The notes: generated by a model not told the origin, from the sequence alone. A DNA stretch of 64,000 nt from an uncultured delta proteobacterium (GCA_963812015.1 CAWETI010000003.1:1408001-1472000), one strand, 5' to 3'. Numbered from the stretch's first letter, positions 1 to 10,343 are shown. Made by a program: numbers and translations.

Positions 1-540
1 GGGTTGCCGGCCCTGGCCCTGGGAGTGGACCCCAAGGCCCCGGACATCATGTCCCGGCCCCCGCGGCCCCCGGCGGAGGGGGTGTTCAGTCTCACCGTCT
101 CCGGCCTGATGGCGGCAATCTCCCTCTATCTCACCCTCATTCTCATTCCCCTGTTCGGCTATTATTATTACTGGAATCCCTGGGGGCTGAGCGATCCCGA
201 GATGGTCTTGACCGAGGCCCAGACCATGGTGTTCATCACCCTGGTGCTGGCGGAACTGGTGAACGCCTTCAACTGCCGCTCCGACCACCTGTCGCTGTTC
301 AAGGTCGGCGTCTTCAAGAACCGCTTCCTGATCCTGTCCGTGGTGGCCTCCCTGGTCATGATGGTCATGGTGATCGAATGGGAGCCGTTGTCGCGCCTGT
401 TCCATACCACGCCGCTGCGCTGGCAGGACTGGGGGGTGGCGGTGGGACTCAGCCTCACCTTGATTCCGGTCGTGGAGCTGACCAAGTGGCTCATCTGCAG
501 AAAGGGCCGGTGCGGCGAGCAATCGGCCCCGGCGGGGTGA
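1..540 (+). CDS. Cation-transporting P-type ATPase (Ca2+/cation type), C-terminal part, 5' truncated by window edge
   Basis: PALALGVDP..DIMSRPPRP, AQTMVF, ELVNAFNCRS and LFHTTPL are typical of the Cation_ATPase_C region. Confidence 0.9.
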   Translation, partial: GLPALALGVDPKAPDIMSRPPRPPAEGVFSLTVSGLMAAISLYLTLILIPLFGYYYYWNPWGLSDPEMVLTEAQTMVFITLVLAELVNAFNCRSDHLSLFKVGVFKNRFLILSVVASLVMMVMVIEWEPLSRLFHTTPLRWQDWGVAVGLSLTLIPVVELTKWLICRKGRCGEQSAPAG

Positions 541-736
541 GGCGCTCAAGCCCCGGGCGATCACGGTGGGAGGACTAGTTGATTTTTCTGGCCCGGACAA
601 GAGAGGCCCCCGGCGCAGTTGGCGCAGGGGGCCTTCTCAGATCACCAGGTTGCCGCAAAACAGCCTTAGGCGGGTTAGACTGTGGCGATGCCCTGGCGGA
701 CTCTCCCACAATCCTGCCGGGAAACGCGGCCAGTTC

Positions 737-1027
737 CTAATGATGAAATTTGGACTTCATGCTTTGCCAGGTTTTTTTCATCTCATCCAGGGCCCTTTCT
801 GAGCCTGCCTTGAGTGTCTCCCAGGTTTCGGCGCTGGCCGCCTTGATCTCATCGAGCTTCTGTTGGGCGGCTTCGTTCCGGGCCCGGAACTGGTCAATCT
901 GCTGATACAGGTGCACCTTGGCGCCGGCGCCGGCCTGGTCAGCCTTGGCCTTCAATTCGGTCAGCTTCGCAGTCCACTCCCGAATCTGGGCCTCCAGCTT
1001 CTCTTGATACGCTTCCTTTAATCCCAT
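737..1027 (-). CDS. Small coiled-coil stress-response-like protein (sll1863-like)
   Basis: MGLKEAYQEKLEAQIREW..AKADQAGA..WETLKAG pattern; GGAGG RBS upstream of ATG 1027. Confidence 0.75.
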   Translation of the reverse strand: MGLKEAYQEKLEAQIREWTAKLTELKAKADQAGAGAKVHLYQQIDQFRARNEAAQQKLDEIKAASAETWETLKAGSERALDEMKKTWQSMKSKFHH

Positions 1028-1674
1028 GGCCTTCAACCTCCTCACCAGGATGAGCCGGGTGCGGCAATGTTTCAGGTGAGCAGCAAAACCAACGCCAGGC
1101 CGAGACAGAAAAGCATCTTTTTCATGTAACTATCCTCGCCTATATAATGATCGCACTGCTTGGTTTTACTTACTTTGGGGCACACTGCCGCGCGGCCGCA
1201 CGGGGAGTTCTCTCCATTTCGGACCGCGTATGAGCATGACATCTCCTCAGCGAATAACCTCGGCGAAATTTGCCGCGAGGCCATTCCGATTGAGCCGGCG
1301 GGCGCTGAACAAACTGGGAAGAGAAAAAAACCGTGAACCGGGGATCAAGCGTGGTCTCGGCCCATGTGTCGAAAAAAATAAGCATAAAATTTAGAGAATC
1401 AAGGGTGATCATCATAACCCCCGATTAATTTACCTGACAGTTCCGTTAATCAAGTCAGGCTTTCGGCCCAGGGGCTGGGCGGGAAGTTCAAGGGCGTAGG
1501 TGGCATTTGGGCTTTACTGCTCAATTAAATTAAAATGAGAGGCCAGTTAAGAATTCGGCTCATTACTTTTCCATAATCTCTGCATACCTCAAATGCGTCA
1601 CTTATTAACGCAAAGATATGCGTAAATCGAACATTTGGTGTGCTATTCCAAAGTGATTAAATTATGGTTAAATT

Positions 1675-1842
1675 CTATTTAATGGAGTTCTTAACCAATA
1701 ATTCGAATGATGCAAAGATGGTTATAATTATTAATGCAAATCCTACTATAATTGCTGAAATCAATACACTGCCGAAATTACTAACGCATGCTTCCGGCAG
1801 GGAATGGCCAACCTGAATTCTCCTGACCTCTTGCAGGTTCAT
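1675..1842 (-). CDS. Small hypothetical membrane protein (55 aa)
   Basis: AGGAGG RBS before ATG 1842; one hydrophobic helix (VLISAIIVGFALIIITIFA). Confidence 0.4.
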   Translation of the reverse strand: MNLQEVRRIQVGHSLPEACVSNFGSVLISAIIVGFALIIITIFASFELLVKNSIK

Positions 1843-2057
1843 TGATACCCTCCTGTAAAATATGGTGGATTCCAGCACTTTTTTATAAAAATATTGATTA
1901 GACGCAGGGTGTGAAAAAATCAGAACTATTTCAGCGCTCCCCGCTTCCCCTAAATTGGATCTGGGGATTAATGCCGGGATTGCCATGATGAATGCGATCC
2001 CCGTTGCTTGTTTGTCGTGCCGGCTTTCCGCGCCCCGGCGGTCCTTTTTGAAATCCG

Positions 2058-2225
2058 TCACCCCTTACCTTTTTTAGAAGCAGGTCTTTTCGCCTGAGGT
2101 TTTTTAGACGCCTGGGTCTTTGATTGCATGGCCAAAGAGGCGGTGGAACCTGCAAAGAATATCAGCCCCGACAGGAGGGCGATGATTACGGTAAAGGTTC
2201 TCAGCATTCTGGACTCCAGTTCCAT
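2058..2225 (-). CDS. Small basic secreted protein, possibly truncated by an in-frame TGA
   Basis: Signal-peptide-like N-terminus then K/R/A-rich tail; the frame stays open and K/R-rich after the TGA until TAA at 1968. Confidence 0.35.
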   Translation of the reverse strand: MELESRMLRTFTVIIALLSGLIFFAGSTASLAMQSKTQASKKPQAKRPASKKGKG

Positions 2226-2529
2226 GAGGTGGCCTTTTGCTCTAGCCAATTTTGTCGTGGAAGGCAAAAAATAATTTTCATTTTTTACCTTTTTATGCCA
2301 CTTTTATGGGGAAAAACATCAGGGGAATACTTGAATCTGAGGGGGGGAGGTGCTGAATTACGTGGGCAAAATACCTAAACTGCCCCTTGGGAAAAGCCTG
2401 AGAGAAGAGGGTATCCTCGCCTTGCCGGGGCAGGCGGAGCCGCCCGGGCGGCCAAAAAAGTCTACCGCCTCAAAGGGTCAGACTTTCCCTTATTAATGTG
2501 GTAATATGCAGGCGCAAAAGGAGGTTGCC

Positions 2530-3036
2530 GTGAAAAGAGCATGCATTTCTCTGAAATCTGCCAGGTATCTCCTGGCTCTGGGGTTGGCGCTGCTGTTCCT
2601 GATGCCGGCCAACGGTTGGGGCGAGACCCTGAAAGTGACCCAGCCCAACCAGTCCCTCTATCCGGACCCGGATTTCGCCGGGACACCCGTCGCTTCGGTG
2701 CCCGTGGGGGCCGAGGTGAACGTGGAGCGCCAGGCCGGCGACTGGTACAAGGTGGAATACCAGGGAAAGACTGGCTGGATTAACCGCCAGGCCTTTCCCG
2801 CGCCCCAGGCCGGCTCCAAATTCAGTCTGTCCGGGATGTTAACCGGCACCCCGGTGAAGCAGACCAGCAGCGACGAAGTGGCGTTGGCCGGTAAGGGCTT
2901 CACGCCGGAGGTGGAGTCCGGTTATCGCTCCAAGCACCCGGAGATGAATTTCGCCCAGGTGGACAAAATTGAGAGCCTTAAAGTGGACCCGGCTACCCTG
3001 CAGGCCTTTATTAAGGAAGGAGACCTGAAACCATGA
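2530..3036 (+). CDS. Secreted SH3-domain protein
   Basis: Signal peptide; GDWYKVEYQGKTGWI bacterial SH3 motif; stop overlaps start of next gene. Confidence 0.8.
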   Translation: MKRACISLKSARYLLALGLALLFLMPANGWGETLKVTQPNQSLYPDPDFAGTPVASVPVGAEVNVERQAGDWYKVEYQGKTGWINRQAFPAPQAGSKFSLSGMLTGTPVKQTSSDEVALAGKGFTPEVESGYRSKHPEMNFAQVDKIESLKVDPATLQAFIKEGDLKP

Positions 3037-3890
3037 GACGCCTGGCCTGTTTGTTTTTGTTGGCCGCGGCGCCCTTGCTGATAGGGGGCTGCACCGCCAT
3101 GTCTGTGGCGCCGGTGGCTGCCATTGCCTACAAGGGCGCGACCAAGGCCTCGGAGGCCTCCCGGCCCATCAACGATTCCGAGGAATATTACGTGGGACGG
3201 GCGGTGGCCGCTCGCATTCTGGGCCAATATAAACTTGACCAGAACGCCAAACTCACCCAATACGTGAATGAAGTGGGGAACACCGTGGCCCGGAAGTCCT
3301 CCCGCCCCAACCCCTTCCGGGGCTACCACTTCGCGGTGCTGGACACCCAAGAGCTCAACGCCTTTGCCTGTCCCGGAGGGACTATCTTCATTACCCGGGG
3401 GCTGATCCAGACCTGCCAAAACGAAGATCAGCTGGCCGCGGTGCTGGCCCATGAGGTGGGCCATGTAGTGAACAAGGACGGCATCAACTCCATCAGCCAG
3501 GCCCGCTGGAGCCAGGTCTTCACCGCCATGGGCACGGAAGCGGTGAAGCAATACGGCGGGGTTGCCGGAAGCCTGGTGTCCTTGTTTGAAGGCTCCATCG
3601 ACGACGTCTGCAAGACCATCGTGGTCAACGGCTACAGCCGCCAGGCGGAAATGGCCGCGGATGCCGCCGCGGTGACGGAACTGCCCCGGGCGGGTTATAA
3701 CCCCAACGCCATGGTGGCCCTCCTCACCACCCTGGAGGCCAAAAGCAAGGGCGCTTCCGGCGGTATCTTCAAGACCCATCCGCCTACCAGTGAGCGCCTG
3801 GCCAAGGTCAAGGACCAGGTGGGCCAGACCCCGGCGGAATCTAAGGGCGAGAAACTTCGCGCCGAGCGGTTTAAGAAGATGGTATCTTAG
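3033..3890 (+). CDS. M48 family zinc metalloprotease, lipoprotein
   Basis: Lipobox IGGC; NAFACPGG, LAHEVGH (HExxH), YSRQAEMAAD, THPP. Confidence 0.92.
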   Translation: MRRLACLFLLAAAPLLIGGCTAMSVAPVAAIAYKGATKASEASRPINDSEEYYVGRAVAARILGQYKLDQNAKLTQYVNEVGNTVARKSSRPNPFRGYHFAVLDTQELNAFACPGGTIFITRGLIQTCQNEDQLAAVLAHEVGHVVNKDGINSISQARWSQVFTAMGTEAVKQYGGVAGSLVSLFEGSIDDVCKTIVVNGYSRQAEMAADAAAVTELPRAGYNPNAMVALLTTLEAKSKGASGGIFKTHPPTSERLAKVKDQVGQTPAESKGEKLRAERFKKMVS

Positions 3891-3934
3891 AGGCGGCTTC
3901 CCCGGCGGTTATGAAATTTGGTTAGCCAATCATT

Positions 3935-3963
3935 GTAGGGGCGGGTTTTAAACCCGCCCCTAC
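3935..3963. repeat. GTAG-type REP palindrome
   Basis: GTAGGGGCGGGTTT-t-AAACCCGCCCCTAC, perfect 14-bp arms between convergent genes. Confidence 0.8.
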
Positions 3964-4028
3964 GTTTTTTCCCACCCGCGATATGGGGTTGGGGGAGGAA
4001 GTCAGAGGGGAGGGCGGGGGGAATTGAC

Positions 4029-7000
4029 TTACGAAACATCCCCCGGCTCTCCCCTCAACTTTGCTTGGCGGCTCGCCTGGAGGTAGAAGATCACCGGCAC
4101 CACCACCAGGGAGAAGGCGGTGGAGGCGAAGAGCCCGAAGATGAAAGACCAGGCCAGGCCCGAGAAGATGGGGTCCAGGGTGATGACCCAGGAGCCGAAC
4201 ATCGCCGCCAGGGCCGTGAGCACGATGGGCCTGAACCGCACTGCCCCGGAGCGCAGCACCGCTTCTTCCAACGGCACCCCCCGGTCCAGGTGGTGATGGA
4301 TGAAGTCGATGAGGATGATGGAGTTGCGCACCACGATGCCGGCCAGGGCGATCATGCCGATCATGGCGGTGGCGGTGAAGTAGATGGGGTTGCCGAAGCC
4401 CTTCACCGGGGAGGTGAAGAGCAGGTTCAAGAGGGCGAACCCGGGCATCACCCCGATCATAGTCAAAGGTATGGCCACCATGATCACCAGGGGCATGGTG
4501 AACGACGACGTCTGGAGCACCAGCAGGATATAGATGCCCACCAGGGCCCCGGCAAAGGCGACCCCCAAATCCCTGAAGACCTGCACGGTTATCTTCCACT
4601 CCCCTTCCCCGGCATAGTTGACCCGGTAGCCCGGCGGCGGCGGGGCCTTGTCCGTCTCGCCCATCAGGTCGAGGATGGCGTTCACCGGGCTTTGCCCTGC
4701 CGTATCCCCGGTGACGAACACCACCCGCTCCAGGTTTTTCCGCATAATGGATTTGGGGGCCAGGTCCAGGTCGAACTGCCCCAGTTCCTGCAAGGGCACC
4801 ATGGTCCCCTGGGGATTCTTGAAGTAGAGCTGCCCCAGGCTCAGGGTGGAGGACCGCCAGGCCTCGGGCCCCCGCAGGAAGATCGACAGAGGCAGGCGCT
4901 CCGGGGCCACGTGGACCCGGCCCACCGCCTCACCGGCCTCGGCGATGGCCAGACCCCGGACGATCTGAGCCTGGTTCAAGCCGCTCAAGGCCGCCTTTTG
5001 CCGGTCCACCATGAAGCGAAAGCGGGGCTCCGCAGTCGAAACCGAGGTGTCCACGTCCACCACCCCCCGGGTCTTCAGGAAGAACGCCTTTACCCGATCG
5101 GCTTCATTAATAAGGCTGGCGTAGGAGGCCCCCGGCGGCCCGTAGACTTCCCCCACCAGGGTCTGGAGCACCGGCGGCCCCGGCGGCACTTCGGCGATCT
5201 TGAGGCGCACCTTGTATTTCCGGGCGATCTCCTCCATGGCCGGACGGACCCACAGAGTGACGGCATGGCTGGCCGCGGAGCGCCGCTCCTTATCCGCCAG
5301 GTTGACCCGAATCTGCCCCACCCACGGACCCTGCATGAGGTAGTAGTGGCGCACTAGGCCGTTGAAATCGATGGGTGCGCCCTCCCCGGCGAAGGTGACC
5401 ACGTGGTCAACCTCCGAGACCGTAGTCAGATAGCGCCCGAAATCCTTCAGGGCCTCTTGGGTCCTCTCCAGGGGGGCGTCATTGGGCAGGTCCGCCACCA
5501 CCAGAAAATCGTTTTTATTGTCGAACGGCAGCATTTTTAAGGGGACCAGGCCGAACACCGGCAAGAGCACCGAGATCACTAACAGCCCCACCACCCCCAG
5601 GAGAAAGAGGTGGCTCCGGCGGCGACTCTCCAACAGGGGGGTCATGATCCGGGTGTAGACCCGGTAGATCCAGGTCTCTTCCAACACAAAGGGTTTGGGC
5701 TCTTTGCCATACTCCTTCTTGAGGAAATGGTATGTGGCCCAGGGCGTGACGGTGAAGGCGATGGCCAGGCTCATGAGCATGGCCAGGGGTACGTTCAGGG
5801 GCATGGGGCGCATGTAGGGGCCCATCATGCCGGTGACGAAGTACATGGGGATGAAGCTGATGATCACCGTGAAGGTGGCCAGGATAGTGGGGGCCCGCAC
5901 TTCGTCCACCGCCACCAGGGTGGCCTCCAGGGGCGGATGCTCCCGCAGTTGAAAGTGGCGGTGGATATTCTCCACGTCGATGATGGGGTCGTCCACCAGC
6001 AGGCCCAGGGAGAGGATCAAGGCAAACAGGGTCACCCGGTTGATGGTATAGCCGAAAAGCATGTTGCCGGTAAGGGTAATGGCCAAAGTCAGAGGCACCG
6101 CCAGGGCCACGATGAGGGCCTCCCGCCACCCCAGGAACAGGGTCAGGAGCACGGTGATGGACAGCACCGCAATGAGGAGCTCGCGCATGAGCTCGTTGAC
6201 CTTATCGTTGGCGGTGGCGCCGTAGTCCCGGGTCACCTTCACCCGGATGTCCGGGGGGATGACCTCTTTTTGCAGGGCAGTGATCTTGTCCAGGATGCCC
6301 TGGGCCACCGTCACCGCGTTGGTGCCGGTGCGCTTGGCCACGGCCATGGTCACCGCGGGGTAGAACTGGCCGCGCTCGTAGCCCGGAAGGAGCTTGTCGG
6401 CAGGGCCGAAGGCGATGGTGCTAAGCTCCACCGGTTCTTCCGGCCCGTCCACGACCTCGGCCACGTCCTTGAGATAGACCGGCTTGCCCTGGTTGAGGCC
6501 CACCAGCAGGTTGGCCACTTCATCGGCGGACTTGAGAAACGGCCCGGCCTCCACCAAGTATTCCCGGTCTTGCCGGGAGAAATGGCCCGCCGGCAGATTG
6601 ACATTACTGACCTCAATGGCCTGGGCCAGGGCGGCCAGGTCCAGGCCGTGGCCCGCCATCCGGGCCGGGTCGGCCAACACCCGCACCTGGCGTTTGCGGC
6701 CTGCCACCACATAGGAGCGGCCCGTGTCGGGAATGCTCTGGAGGCGATGGAGCAGCTCATCCGCCACCCGGCGCAGCTCGTAGTCGTCGGCCCGGTTGCT
6801 GTACAAGGTCAGGGTGACGATGGGCACGTCGTTGATGCTCATGGGCTTGACCACCCAGCCGGCCACGCCGGAGGGCACCTGGTCGATGTTGGAGAAGACC
6901 TTGTTATAGACCTTAAAGAGGCTGGTCTCGAGGTTTTCCCCCACCTTGAACTTGGCGGTGACGATGGCAAAGCCGTCCCGGGCCTGGGAATAGAGGTCTT

Positions 7001-7268
7001 CTAAGCCCTCCATCTCCCAGAGTTTTTTCTCCAGATTGATCACCACCAGGTTTTCTACTTCTTGCGGCGAGGCCCCGGGGAAGCGGATGAGGATGTCCAC
7101 CATGGGGACCTTGATCTGGGGGTCTTCTTCGCGAGGGGTATAGAGCAGCGCCATCACCCCGGCCAGCAGGCTCACCAGGATGATAATGGTGGGAAGCTTG
7201 GACAGCAGAAAGACCTTGACCAGGCGGGCGGTGGGGCCGAGATGGAGGTCTTGGGGCGATTGGGTCAT
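4029..7268 (-). CDS. RND efflux permease (AcrB/AcrD/AcrF family)
   Basis: 1079 aa; GLLVDDPIIDVENI, GIVVRNSIILIDF, RFRPIVLT motifs. Confidence 0.95.
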   Translation of the reverse strand: MTQSPQDLHLGPTARLVKVFLLSKLPTIIILVSLLAGVMALLYTPREEDPQIKVPMVDILIRFPGASPQEVENLVVINLEKKLWEMEGLEDLYSQARDGFAIVTAKFKVGENLETSLFKVYNKVFSNIDQVPSGVAGWVVKPMSINDVPIVTLTLYSNRADDYELRRVADELLHRLQSIPDTGRSYVVAGRKRQVRVLADPARMAGHGLDLAALAQAIEVSNVNLPAGHFSRQDREYLVEAGPFLKSADEVANLLVGLNQGKPVYLKDVAEVVDGPEEPVELSTIAFGPADKLLPGYERGQFYPAVTMAVAKRTGTNAVTVAQGILDKITALQKEVIPPDIRVKVTRDYGATANDKVNELMRELLIAVLSITVLLTLFLGWREALIVALAVPLTLAITLTGNMLFGYTINRVTLFALILSLGLLVDDPIIDVENIHRHFQLREHPPLEATLVAVDEVRAPTILATFTVIISFIPMYFVTGMMGPYMRPMPLNVPLAMLMSLAIAFTVTPWATYHFLKKEYGKEPKPFVLEETWIYRVYTRIMTPLLESRRRSHLFLLGVVGLLVISVLLPVFGLVPLKMLPFDNKNDFLVVADLPNDAPLERTQEALKDFGRYLTTVSEVDHVVTFAGEGAPIDFNGLVRHYYLMQGPWVGQIRVNLADKERRSAASHAVTLWVRPAMEEIARKYKVRLKIAEVPPGPPVLQTLVGEVYGPPGASYASLINEADRVKAFFLKTRGVVDVDTSVSTAEPRFRFMVDRQKAALSGLNQAQIVRGLAIAEAGEAVGRVHVAPERLPLSIFLRGPEAWRSSTLSLGQLYFKNPQGTMVPLQELGQFDLDLAPKSIMRKNLERVVFVTGDTAGQSPVNAILDLMGETDKAPPPPGYRVNYAGEGEWKITVQVFRDLGVAFAGALVGIYILLVLQTSSFTMPLVIMVAIPLTMIGVMPGFALLNLLFTSPVKGFGNPIYFTATAMIGMIALAGIVVRNSIILIDFIHHHLDRGVPLEEAVLRSGAVRFRPIVLTALAAMFGSWVITLDPIFSGLAWSFIFGLFASTAFSLVVVPVIFYLQASRQAKLRGEPGDVS

Positions 7269-7280
7269 GATGGCTATAGG

Positions 7281-7521
7281 CAGTGAGCAGTTAGCGATTA
7301 GCCGTTAGCAGTTAGTAAAATTCAGTAGCCATAGGGCGTGCTGTGCACGCCGATTTTTCTCGTTCCCAAGCTGCGCTTGGGAACGGGCCTGGGTGCCAAG
7401 CTTCGCTTGGCCTCAAAGCGAAGCTTTGAGGCTATTGAGGCTTCCAAACCGAGCTTGGAAACTAGGCAATGGTGACACAGGCGTCCCGCCTGTGCCGGCG
7501 CAGGCTAAAACCTGCGCTACC
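7281..7521. repeat. Mosaic of heptamer tandem repeats and several REP-like hairpins
   Basis: CAGTTAG-like x5 (7281-7315); CGTTCCCAAGC-tgc-GCTTGGGAACG (7361-7385); further hairpins; CACAGGCGTCCCGCCTGTG / GCGCAGG..CCTGCGC (7471-7521). Confidence 0.7.
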
Positions 7522-7572
7522 AAAAGGACTATTCCCCAGCCAAATTATGGCGACCACAGGCCGCCCTATTGA

Positions 7573-8586
7573 CTATTCCGGGAGCACAATGCGATCCCCA
7601 GCCTTAAGCCCCGCCAGGACTTCCACCTGCTCGCCCACCTTGCGACCCAGTTTTACCTGGCGCAGTTCCGAGGTTTGATCCCTCGCCACCCGCACCATGG
7701 TGAGCTGACCCACGGTTTTGACCGCCGCCTGGGGGATCAGGATGCCCCGGCTGGAATCCAGAGGCAGCGACAACCGGGCGAACATCCCCGGCATCAGGCC
7801 CGGGTGGTTCAGCATGGCGGTGCGCACCTTGAAGGTGCGGCTGCCCGCGGCGCTGATGGGAAAGATTTCGGCGATGGGAAGCCTCGCCTCGAACTTCACC
7901 GCGGGCACGCTGACCAGGGTGGCCTCTCCCAGCTTCACCTGCTCCCGGTAGTTGTCGTTGACCTCGCCCTCCACCTGGAGGAGGTCCGGGTTGTACAGGG
8001 ACGCCAGGGCCTGCCCGGGCTGGGCCAAGTCCCCCACCGCCACCTGGCGCTCCGCCACCACCCCGGCCGCCGGCGCCTTTACCACGGTGTAGCCCTTCAG
8101 GGTGGCGGCCTCGGAAACCATGGCCTGGGCCGTCTTAAAGCGGGCCTCCATGGCCCCGAACTCCTGGGGGCTCACCGCGCCTTCCTTGAACAGGAACTGG
8201 TAACGTTTATAGTCGGCGGCGGCCTGCTGCAATTGCGCCTGGGCCTGGTCCAGCCGGGCCTGGAACTCCGCCGCCGACAGGGTCACCAGGGGGGCACCCG
8301 GCTTGACTCGGGAGCCGGCCTCCACCCAGATCTTCGCCACCCGGCCGGGGACCTGGGACGACACCTGGGCCAGGCTCGGGGAAATCACCGTCCCTAGGAC
8401 CTCCAACTCCCGGGGAATCTCGGTCTCCTGGACCACCAGAACCCGGCCCTGGGGCGGCAGGCCTGCCAGGGGCGCCAGCCCCGGGGCGATCTTGCCGAAA
8501 TGTAGCAGCCCCGCCAGCCAGGCCATGAACAGCACTCCCCCCACCACCAGGGCGCTCAGTCCGATGATTTTTCTTTTGTCTGCCAT
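7573..8586 (-). CDS. RND efflux periplasmic adaptor (membrane fusion protein)
   Basis: N-terminal TM; VSSQVPGRV..V..GSRVKPG lipoyl-like motif; PGMFAR; GLKAGDRIV. Confidence 0.93.
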   Translation of the reverse strand: MADKRKIIGLSALVVGGVLFMAWLAGLLHFGKIAPGLAPLAGLPPQGRVLVVQETEIPRELEVLGTVISPSLAQVSSQVPGRVAKIWVEAGSRVKPGAPLVTLSAAEFQARLDQAQAQLQQAAADYKRYQFLFKEGAVSPQEFGAMEARFKTAQAMVSEAATLKGYTVVKAPAAGVVAERQVAVGDLAQPGQALASLYNPDLLQVEGEVNDNYREQVKLGEATLVSVPAVKFEARLPIAEIFPISAAGSRTFKVRTAMLNHPGLMPGMFARLSLPLDSSRGILIPQAAVKTVGQLTMVRVARDQTSELRQVKLGRKVGEQVEVLAGLKAGDRIVLPE

Positions 8587-8605
8587 GGTGCTCCACCAAG
8601 CGACT

Positions 8606-8740
8606 TTTTGAGGGAGGGGGATAGGGGCGAAAGCCCCTACCCCTTCCCCCAAACCCCCATCCCCAACCCCGTACAGGGGGATGGGAGGGGAGTTTGAGGG
8701 GAGGGCGGGGGAATTGACTTGCCCCGGCCCTCCCCTCAAA
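8606..8740. repeat. Dispersed C/G-tract palindromic element, copy A
   Basis: 8633-8740 nearly identical to 15631-15738; internal inverted repeats. Confidence 0.8.
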
Positions 8741-10108
8741 TCATTGCTTCTCCGCCTTCCCACCCTCCGCCACCGGGCCGGAGATGGTCCCCAGGGCCAG
8801 GTCCAGGCCCGCCTGGGCCAGGTAGGTGTCGAACAGGGCCGCCACCTGGCTCAGTTCGGCGTTTTTGGTGGCGTCTTCGGCGTTGAGCAGATCCACCAGG
8901 ATGGTGAGGCCTGATTCGTACCTTAGGCGGATGAGCCTCAGGCTCTCCCGGGCCTGAGCCACCGCGACTTTCGCTACCTGGAGGCGCTCATGGGCCGTCT
9001 TCAGGGTGAGGATGGTCTCGGTCACCTGGTGCCGGATCCGGTCCTCCAGATCCCGCTGCAGGTCCCGGGCCTGGGTCTCTTTGGCCCGGGTCTCCCTCAC
9101 TTTGGCCAGGTCGGCCAGGCCGTTGAACAGGTTAAAGTTGAGCAGGGCCATCACCGTATAGCTGTCGGCGCTAGTGCCGAAGAGGCGCCGCTGGTCCACG
9201 TCATACTCCGCCACCACGTGCAGCCGGGGCAGGTAGCTGAAGCGGGCCTTGCTGTACTCTTGCTGGGCCACCCGGGCCGTGAGCTCCAGCTGTTTGAGGT
9301 CGGGACGCCGTTCCTGGGCTGTGCGCTGGAGGTCATTCAAATTGGGCGGCGGCGGGGGTGGTTCCTTGGGGGCCGGGGCCAGAGGGCGCTCCCCCGCCTC
9401 CGGCAGGCCCACCACCGTGGATAAGGCGCTCTGGGCGATCTTCACCTGGCTGGCCGCGGTCATTTCCTCCTGGGTGATTTTGGCCAGGTGCACTTGGGCG
9501 GATAAGACGTCAGAGTGGACCACCGTGCCGGCCTTAAAGCGGGTTTGGGCGATTTTCAGGTGCTCGGCGGCGGTATGGCGGGCCTGCTGCACCACCGCCA
9601 GCCGCGCCTGGGCCAGTTGCAACCCGAAATAGGCCTGGGTCACCTGGAACAACAACTGCTGCCGGGAACTCAATACGTAAGCCGCGGCCATCTCCCGGCC
9701 CAACTGGGCCTGCTTATAGCCCAGATAGGCTTCTCCGGCCTGGAACAGGGGTTGGCGCATTACCAGACCGGTGCGAAAGTCGCCGAAGGCGTTGGGGTAG
9801 TTCAGGTTATTGAGGAGAAAATCCTGGCCGGTGAAGACCCGCTGGTTCAATTTATTCATGAAGACCTGAGTGGGATTATTGGAATAGTTGTAGGTCTCCT
9901 GGAAGTTAACCGTGGGCAGGAATCGGGCCCGGGCCTTGGCCAGGTCCGCTTCTGCGGTTTCCACGGTCATGCCCGCGGCCGCCAGGGCCGGGTTGTGCTT
10001 CAGGGCCAGGAGCATGGCCTCGCTCAGGCTCAAGGGTGGACCCGCGGCCAGGGCCGTCATCCCCCAACCGAAACAAACCCACATCAGGATAATCGCCCTC
10101 AGCCCCAT
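8741..10108 (-). CDS. TolC family outer membrane efflux protein
   Basis: Signal peptide; LSLSEAMLLALKHNP, ARARFLP, RYESGLT..DLLNAE two-repeat OEP pattern; first gene of RND operon. Confidence 0.92.
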   Translation of the reverse strand: MGLRAIILMWVCFGWGMTALAAGPPLSLSEAMLLALKHNPALAAAGMTVETAEADLAKARARFLPTVNFQETYNYSNNPTQVFMNKLNQRVFTGQDFLLNNLNYPNAFGDFRTGLVMRQPLFQAGEAYLGYKQAQLGREMAAAYVLSSRQQLLFQVTQAYFGLQLAQARLAVVQQARHTAAEHLKIAQTRFKAGTVVHSDVLSAQVHLAKITQEEMTAASQVKIAQSALSTVVGLPEAGERPLAPAPKEPPPPPPNLNDLQRTAQERRPDLKQLELTARVAQQEYSKARFSYLPRLHVVAEYDVDQRRLFGTSADSYTVMALLNFNLFNGLADLAKVRETRAKETQARDLQRDLEDRIRHQVTETILTLKTAHERLQVAKVAVAQARESLRLIRLRYESGLTILVDLLNAEDATKNAELSQVAALFDTYLAQAGLDLALGTISGPVAEGGKAEKQ

Positions 10109-10343
10109 GCCGGTCCCTCGCCCCCAAATTCTTCCGGCCATTATAATGGTCCTCACCCCCGGTGGCAACCTGATTGGCGTTGAAGAGAAAATAAGTTCAA
10201 AATGTTCTTAAGAGGAGAAGTCGGCTTTGAGGAAAAAATAACCGCTATGAAATTGCCGGGATGAAGATTAGTTTACACCTTAGAGGGCCTGTGGTAAGGA
10301 TGAAAAAGGCAGAAGCGCCCGATTTTATCCAGGAGAGTGAACC

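Noticed and set aside
4065..7004. Long plus-strand ORFs (430 and 464 aa) opposite the RND permease, and similar shadow ORFs opposite dxs, xseA, gap, pgk and the GT4 genes
   Set aside because: Antisense shadows of high-GC codon usage; no motifs, and they fully overlap confident genes
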